DNA of 64,000 bases from Octopus vulgaris (lineage: Eukaryota): positions 8,804,001-8,868,000 of the forward strand of contig OX597822.1 of assembly GCA_951406725.2 (NCBI GenBank), given 5' to 3'. Both the position numbers and the translations under genes were made by a program. The notes below the pieces were generated by a model that saw nothing but the letters and a program-made list of their open reading frames with translations, did no database searches and was not told the DNA's origin. This document shows positions 56,221 through 64,000 of the stretch, in pieces (position 1 is the first letter of the stretch; each line of letters begins with the position of its first letter).

Positions 56221-57014
56221 TATAATCAATAAAGGATACTGTTTCCGGTGTGGTCGCCTACACTTCGAAGGGATGCTTGAAATATATATGTTCCAATTTT
56301 TCTGCCCATACACAGAAGAAAAGGTCTGAATGCAAACAACTCGAATTCATTTGCATTAATTCTACGCAATATGACAGAGGAATAATCAGCAAATTTTGGG
56401 GGAAACATCAACAAAATATAACACAAACAAAATACACGTAAACACATCTGGCTGGGACAAAAAGCAACAAAAATCAAAATTATGGAGGAGGAGGAGGTGG
56501 AATCATGTCTTTGAAAGCCAGGTGCATTCATGGAGCTAGCTTCACGAACAAATATTAGTTAACTAAGTTGCTTGTAGCAAAACAATATGAAATGAAATAC
56601 AGAAAAGGAAAACATTGTTAATATTCCAATAACGTAAGTTGTAGACTGATTAAAATGCTTAAAAAATAAAGTATCCACACACATATACGCACATATATTT
56701 ATGCACATACACACATACCTACCTACATACATACATACATACATACATACATACATACATACATTCAATAATGCGTACATTTACATAAACGGAATTGACC
56801 GATTGTGAAAACATTGGATAATAGTGAGATTCGGTAAACATAAATTTAGTACAATATATTTAATATTTTCCAATTCCACAACAGTAACAACCACCGCTAC
56901 TACTGCTACTAATATAGTAGTATGCAGTGTTACTGTACTAGCATTGTTATTGTAAATTTTATTTTGGTTTTCGCTAATGCATGCTAAATTAGTTGGCAGA
57001 TATTTTATCGTGAT

Positions 57015-58525
57015 GTTTGGCGACAATTCTCCTCAAATCTCAAGAGTCTTTCTTAGAATTTTTGCATAATATAGAATGGCTCTTGTTTACAGGGCGACAA
57101 TGCGAGTTTCATTTCCAATATCTTTCAGTATTGTAGGTAATACTTTGGGTGTTGTGTTACGTGCACGAATTACAATAGGAATAATAGTTGTCTTGGACTT
57201 TCACAGTCTGCTCGGCTCTCTGGTTACATCCTGATATTTCTAATTTTCTAAAAATTTCTGTTGTTTTATTTATGCTATCATAGGGAATAGGAAAAATATA
57301 TGATCTCACATAGTTTGTTTACTTTGTCTTCTCTAATCACGCCATACTTCGTACCTCCATTGTATGGGCAGTCTGTTTGGAAGAAGAAGCCCCACGTGAT
57401 CATGTAATTCTCATTTTCTATTACAGTCTCTGCTATGTGTTCATACCTCTTTTCTGTTGTTTTGAAGCACACACTCGGCTAACATTCCAATGCACTCTTT
57501 TGCCCATACAATATACGCACTGCACTAATATACGAACTGCACTCACTCAAAATGCAATTGATACTCTCATACCCTTTCCTGTAGTTTCTACATTTGCTGT
57601 CTGACTAACTTTTGTCGTTGGTTGCATTTACCAGGTTTGTTCTTGGATGCTTATAATTAGCATTTCTCTATCTCGTTTTAAGTTCTCACCAAAGCCAGCG
57701 ATCTTCACTTCTCGGTTTGTTGCGTGAATTGGCCATTTCTTTGCATTTCTTACCATTTGGTTATTCTGTTGTCCTCCTTGAATTCTCTATTTTAGTCACT
57801 TTTTTGGTACCTTTGGCTGTCGATAGAATTTTTCTTTACTTTGCACAGCATAATTTCTCAGACCCAGTATCGCAGCACCAATACTGTCTTTCGCGTTTGT
57901 TAATCCTCTACCATCTTTCTTTCTTCGTTGAGAGAATCCCTTCATTATTACTTTTCGGATGGAGTGTGTTGTGCATAGTTAGCAGCTTTCTAGTTTTTCT
58001 ATACAAGTTCTACAGCTTGATATTTGTCTATTTCAAAAAAGGACCAGAGTATTTTTAACAATGGTATTAATTATATCTTTAATGAGGTTCCATCCATTTA
58101 ATTTTGCTTTGGACACCTTCGTAATTCTCCTTTTGTAATCTTTAGCGACTCACATTTCTCCTTCCACTAACTTATCATTTTGCAGCACTCCTAGATATTT
58201 ATACACCTCATTATCCCACAGCGATTTGATGTTGTTGTCCTGTAGTAATTATATGCCATCATAGTCTGTCTCCCAACTTCTCTTCAAAATTGGTGTTGCG
58301 CGCTTATTTATCCCAAAGTGCATTCGAATATCACTGTTTGGATCAAAGTGTCTGGTTCTGTCTCACTTTTTGTATACAGCTTGGGGTCTTCCATATAAAG
58401 TTGGTGATTTACTCGCACCTTGAATTTCGTAGAATCATAAGCGGGCCTGGATTTACTCAGTATGTTTGTCAGACGAATTGGCGCAATGACGAAGACTAAT
58501 GATGAGAGCGAGTCTCCCTGTAAAG
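57015..58525 (-). pseudogene. Degenerate RLE-type LINE (RT to endonuclease)
   Basis: QGDSLSSLVF, VNHQLYMEDPKLY, YEHIAETVIENE...W.FFFQTD. Confidence 0.85.
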
Positions 58526-58534
58526 TGACCTTGT

Positions 58535-58741
58535 GTTCTAAGGAAAAATTTGGAGTTAAGAAGTCCAACATAATATAAAAGCAGACTAGGCAAGGAGAAT
58601 CTAAAAGAGTAATGGACGATGGCGTGACACAAAGAATATAACAATCACAGTTAAAAAAGTAAAAGAGATGATCAAGAAAATACCTAAATGGAAAGCCTCC
58701 GGACCAGATGAAGCCCACATTTTCTGGCTGAAAAATCTCCC
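58535..58741 (+). pseudogene. Inverted upstream piece of the same type of LINE
   Basis: Plus: ITITVKKVKEMIKKIPKWKASGPDEAHIFWLKNL (RT N-terminal WKAPGPD motif). Confidence 0.8.
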
Positions 58742-58845
58742 AAGAGAGAAATGAGAGAAGTGTCTTTTGTTTTGCGTATATCAATAAATAAATGTGTTGT
58801 CGAGTGAAGAATGAAATGTGTTATACACATGCATATGTGAATATA

Positions 58846-58890
<45 letters not shown>

Positions 58891-59423
58891 AAGATATATA
58901 TATTTAAAGATATATTATTATTGATAAAAAACGATACTATAACTGGTTAGCAAGCATAAAAAACCAAAATAGTAAATTTATAAATTTATAATTATAATTA
59001 TAATTGAGAGTATCAGCGCTACTAGAAATAACATTCGAAAAATACTCAAATAAGCCACAATATCACTGAAAATTCAACATGCTGACGAAATCGAGAAGCG
59101 AGTAAAAAGCCAACCTACCATTGCGGGGTAAAAACGCAAATAAATTTGCAGATATATCCATAACACGTGATTTCGAATTCTGATTTAGTACTCTTAACCC
59201 TTACCAGTGGAACTCGTTGTCTGAGTTGTAACTAATGTCCGCTTCGTCATGATTCTTCAACTCCTTGAAGCACTAGCGCCAAATTCAAATCTAGTACCCA
59301 GAATTATAATTATAATTATAATTAATAATGTATATATGGGTGACTAATTCGTAGTTTATTAACCTAAAGTCGGATATACGTATATACGTTACCAAAGTGA
59401 ACAAGGGCAATATTCAGCGCCAG

Positions 59424-59886
59424 TATTGCTTGAAATAAGAGTCACAACAACTCGCTCTATGTTAATGGGCTGACAAGGGAAACAAGACCTCTACGGTCGC
59501 AGACAGAGCTAGATCACCAATGATTTCGCATTATGATACGTAACGCATCTTAATGCTCATCGGTAGATCTCACCGCACATAGGGTTAAACTCATCACACC
59601 TTATCACATTACAATTCTCCGTTGAACTGAGTGGCTAATCAGTACCAGAATTGCTCTCACACTACCTTTTATAAAACCAGCATACGATTTCAACAGACAG
59701 AGCTAGATCACCAATGATTACTTTAACCCTAGGCGCGGTGAGAGCTACGGATGAGCATTAATATGCATTAAGCATCAGAATGCAAAGTCATCGGTGATCT
59801 AGCTCTATCTGCGACCTTATCAACTCATTACGATAGTGCTTTTTATTTGGCTACTGAGTTGTTTTGACTATTATTTCTAGCAATAC
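59424..59886. mobile_element. Diverged fold-back pLTR-like element
   Basis: 59495-59589 is the reverse complement of 59722-59816, with outer arms; partial third copy at 59694-59719. Confidence 0.8.
59505..59570 (-). ncRNA. Type I hammerhead ribozyme motif, U4C variant with long stem II
   Basis: AGATCTA-CCGATGA-GCATTA aGATGCG tta CGTATCa TAATGC-GAAA-TCA ttgg TGA-TC-TAGCTCT. Confidence 0.7.
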
Positions 59887-59940
59887 AAGTGTTAATTAGT
59901 GTCGTTTGTATTTCTACCTTTAGGTTTTATATATATATAG

Positions 59941-60265
59941 TGACCCCCTTCGGTCAGACACTGACCATGGGTTTGCACCTAGAGAGTTACCCTCTGAGGC
60001 ACAAGTCTGGGCAAGGTTGTTTTTTTTTATGGAAGACCAGCAGTCGCTCATGCATACCGGCCTCCCCTCTCCACGTCACCGATGTTGTCCAAGGGAAAGG
60101 CAAGGGCCGATACAGCTTGGCACCTGTGACGTCGCAACTCATTTCTACAGCTGAGTGAACTGGAGCAACGTGAAATAAAGTGTCTTGCTCAAGAACACAA
60201 CACGCAGCCCGATCCGGGATTCGAGCTCACAACCTCACGATCGTCTAACCACTGAGCCACGCGCC
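59941..60265 (-). mobile_element. SINE type D (small deletion in head)
   Basis: Near-identical to 55352-55704. Confidence 0.92.
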
Positions 60266-60327
<62 letters not shown>

Positions 60328-60328
<1 letters not shown>

Positions 60329-60470
60329 ATACCAAACGAGTTCCCTATGGATACCGTATTTATACGGTATCCATAGGGAATGAGTTTGGTATTTTATTTA
60401 TTACACACGAATAAACGACCATATTTTATTAACCCAATATCTAAATTCCTCAAGTTTAGTTGTAACTTAT
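60328..60470 (+). mobile_element. Short fold-back (32-bp arms, 60328-60393) with a tail, after (TA)n(GA)n
   Basis: aataccaaac...ttccctatggataccgtat pairs with atacggtatccatagggaa...gtttggtatt. Confidence 0.7.
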
Positions 60471-60489
60471 GAATGACAAAAGTAGTGCC

Positions 60490-60593
60490 GTCACCGTGAT
60501 TTCGGGTCATCACCATGGATTGACCAATCAGAAGCAGCGCTGTCACCGTGACCTCGGGTCATCACCATGGATTGACCAGTCAGAAGCAGCGCT
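60490..60593 (+). repeat. 52-bp tandem duplication
   Basis: gtcaccgtga..tcgggtcatcaccatggattgacca.tcagaagcagcgct occurs twice. Confidence 0.9.
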
Positions 60594-60719
60594 AGCAGTA
60601 TTTGACATATGTTAGATACCAAAAATATCTCAAAGTGTTCTCACTCACATGTGTGTAATAAACATATATATATATATATATATATAGATATAGATATATG
60701 GATATATACATATATATAT

Positions 60720-61288
60720 CCACTGCACCTTTCCCTTTGTCTCTGATTTTTTCTAATCCTTCAATCCCGCTGTCCTCTACTCCTTTCTTCTCTTTCCACG
60801 TGACCGGTGTCCGACCAGCCATGATCTTTCTTTCTTGGCTTGACTGCCGACCATGCACACATCTTGTGTCCATATCCCATGTTCTTGCCTTTAGGCTTTC
60901 ACTCCATACACGCCATCTCAATTTGAATCGTTCTGTCGAAAGACGCCTGTTGTCATTTCTTCTTGTTTGTATTTGTAATTGCGTACCATTCTCTCCATTT
61001 TTTGTTTGTTTCTTTGATTTTTTTTGTCTTTGTTACCGTACACATTCGCTAGCATTCTTACAAATGGGTCTAATGCACTTAGCTTATACTTTTTGGGGGA
61101 CAACTAGATCGAACATCTCAAGTGTAACTGTCCGAAATGGTTGTGAATTCTGGAACTTGACCGAAGAAAGAAAACCAAGAATGACCCGTCTTTTTTGCCT
61201 GTCCTTCTATTCGTTGTTTCTCTTGTCCGCCTTTGTGTCATTTATCTGTCCGAACGTTTTAATAACTTTATTGCGTTTTTGTTCCATA
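60720..61288 (+). mobile_element. Probable Penelope 3'/pLTR remnant between (TA)n tracts
   Basis: Pyrimidine-rich segment bounded by TA tracts, possible decayed core near ccgaaatggt; weak. Confidence 0.35.
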
Positions 61289-61332
<44 letters not shown>

Positions 61333-61351
61333 AGAACAAAGTGTACGTACA

Positions 61352-61411
<60 letters not shown>

Positions 61412-61415
<4 letters not shown>

Positions 61416-61560
61416 CAAAATGGGACAAGAACGCAAAACATCCGGACAACTAGGTGATACAAAAAGGGACAAGAAAACATCGTCTATCTGGATGTTTTGT
61501 AGTGCCTTTTTGTATCAGCTAGTTTTTCGGATGCTTTGCTTTCTTGTCCCATTTTGTATT
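61412..61560. mobile_element. Fold-back element next to (TA)n
   Basis: aatacaaaatgggacaagaa...tgatacaaaaagg pairs with cctttttgtatca...ttcttgtcccattttgtatt. Confidence 0.8.
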
Positions 61561-62039
61561 ATATACATATATGTGTGTGTGTGTGTGTGGTAAAAAGGTA
61601 GAAATTAATTTAATTATAATTGTAATTAAATTATTTACATATTTTCATACACTCAACACTATCTTGATATGTTTTTATCTTTTATAAGCATATTATTCAT
61701 ATCCGAATGTTATGTGACACTTTAAGAACGAGCCTCGAAGTGTTGAGAGCTATAGTTTCACAATTGATATACCTCATAATAATAGCATGTTATATATTAT
61801 GTTAAGAAAAAATTACTTGGTATGGAAAAAAAACGATGTAAAACTCCACCCTCGGAATACAAATCAGAATATTCCTTGCCGAACATTTTCTATCGAAGAG
61901 GTTTTTAACCCAATATATTCCATGCTATTATTTTGAGCTGTATCTATTAGTAATGCAGCAAAGATTGCTATCAATATAATAATAATACTACTGCCATCAC
62001 TGCTGCTACTATTATTCTTCCTCCTCCCCCTCCTCCAAC

Positions 62040-62330
<291 letters not shown>

Positions 62331-62870
62331 TACAGAAGATAAAAACTCATTAGTGCGCCTCAAAGATCTCTAAACTTTACTTCATAATCAAATTTGTTTC
62401 TTTATGCAAGAAAGTTGAAAATGCTATTTGGTGCATTGTAACTTTCCTTAAAATGTTTCCTATAATGTAACATTTCTTTTGAAATTTAAAAGAAAAAGAA
62501 TTTGGTGAGCTGCTTTTTTTTTATATATATATATATATTTTGCATTAAAATCTGTTTTAATTATTTTTATTTTGTATTTTCAATGTATCGTCATTCATAT
62601 TTATACATCTGTTTTCTTTTTTACACTTTAGATTTTGTCACACACTAAATGTTATTACTGATGCAATAGAATGCTTCAGAATTCCTTTTTAATTTTTGTT
62701 TCTTTACTTCGCCTTGTTTTTTAAACTTGTTTTTAATAAACTCTCCGAAGTGAGTTGTGAAGTCCTGTTTTCCAGTTCATATTTACAAAGATTTCTTAAA
62801 AGCAAGTCAATATTTTTCACACGATGACAACACTTCGATAAGTGCTACGGTATATCCATATATATATACG

Positions 62871-62920
<50 letters not shown>

Positions 62921-62935
62921 CATAAATATATACAC

Positions 62936-62989
<54 letters not shown>

Positions 62990-63243
62990 TGATACAAAAG
63001 GAAGAGAAAACAGACTGATAAAACGGTAGCGAGAATGGTGGAGCGCATGATATAGTCGGTTACATAGACAGACAAATGTAGCGGGATGGAATGAAAAAAG
63101 AGTGTAAGTGTGAGAGGAAGGGGAAAAGAGTCAGTGCTAAAGAAACATAGGGAGACAAAGGGACGTTGGTAACACGCATATATTTACATACAGACCACTT
63201 CACCCATACACACACGCATACATACATACATAAATACATATGT

Positions 63244-63274
<31 letters not shown>

Positions 63275-63614
63275 CGCACATACATATTTAAAATGGCGTG
63301 TGAGTGGTTGTATGTCTACAAAGCTGTACATGCGAGTATGTGAAAACACTACGTGTATTCTAGCCTAAACTGGAAACTAGCTTGCACTGTCTAATAACGT
63401 AATAATAAATGCAGGTAAGTGTAAGTGAGTAAATGAATCTATTGAAAGATACGAATATTAAACAATTGCCCTTCTTTTAAAACTTCTGTATAGATTATAT
63501 TTTTCAAAAGATGGCATCAAATGTCTTCATTATAAGCATTGCCATACTAACACTAGACATTGACATATATGTATCTCTATCAATCCATCTATCTATCATC
63601 TCTCTCTCTCCCTG

Positions 63615-63669
<55 letters not shown>

Positions 63670-63672
63670 ATA

Positions 63673-63719
<47 letters not shown>

Positions 63720-63740
63720 GTGTATATATATAAACATATA

Positions 63741-63801
<61 letters not shown>

Positions 63802-64000
63802 TCAGATATGATGAAATTACCTAAACATGCCAGGCATACTTGACAGGCTCCCGCAAATAATGGACGATATTATTCGAAATTCAAAAGAATTTAATATAAC
63901 CATGGAGATGACTAAAAACGTAGTTTACCAGATTGAATGGCTTTCTGAATTCACGTATCAAATGACTCCATGATTAGCGTTGCTTTTTGTATCCTTAAGT

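Noticed and set aside
60490-60593. CRISPR-like direct repeats
   Set aside because: Only two adjacent units, no spacers, no cas genes, eukaryotic context
60698-61411. 237-aa ORF
   Set aside because: Low-complexity and repeat-derived, with no recognisable domain
61740-61990. GAAACTATAG motif and EYIG peptide on minus
   Set aside because: Suggests a Penelope relic but too short and decayed to support

Overview
AT-rich, microsatellite-dense eukaryotic DNA whose repeat families look like Octopus (inferred from recognisable SINE families, not from a database search). I can support no intact host gene; most listed ORFs are artefacts of (TA)n, (GATA)n, (TAA)n and (CA)n tracts. The window holds about 20 tRNA-derived SINE copies of five types, several RLE-type (R4/Dong-like) LINE pieces at (TAA)n tracts, CR1 LINE remnants, three Helitrons, mariner/pogo/Merlin relics, a 5S-like head and Penelope (GIY-YIG) fragments. 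The most interesting signal is about ten sequence-unrelated, short fold-back elements, nearly all abutting (TA)n tracts. Most carry a type I hammerhead ribozyme motif with a palindromic stem III, including core variants (a G3:C8 swap at 21612-21661; U4C at 21811-21848 and 59505-59570). I interpret them as minimal Penelope pLTR-derived, TA-targeted ribozyme elements. Coordinates were counted by eye and are approximate.
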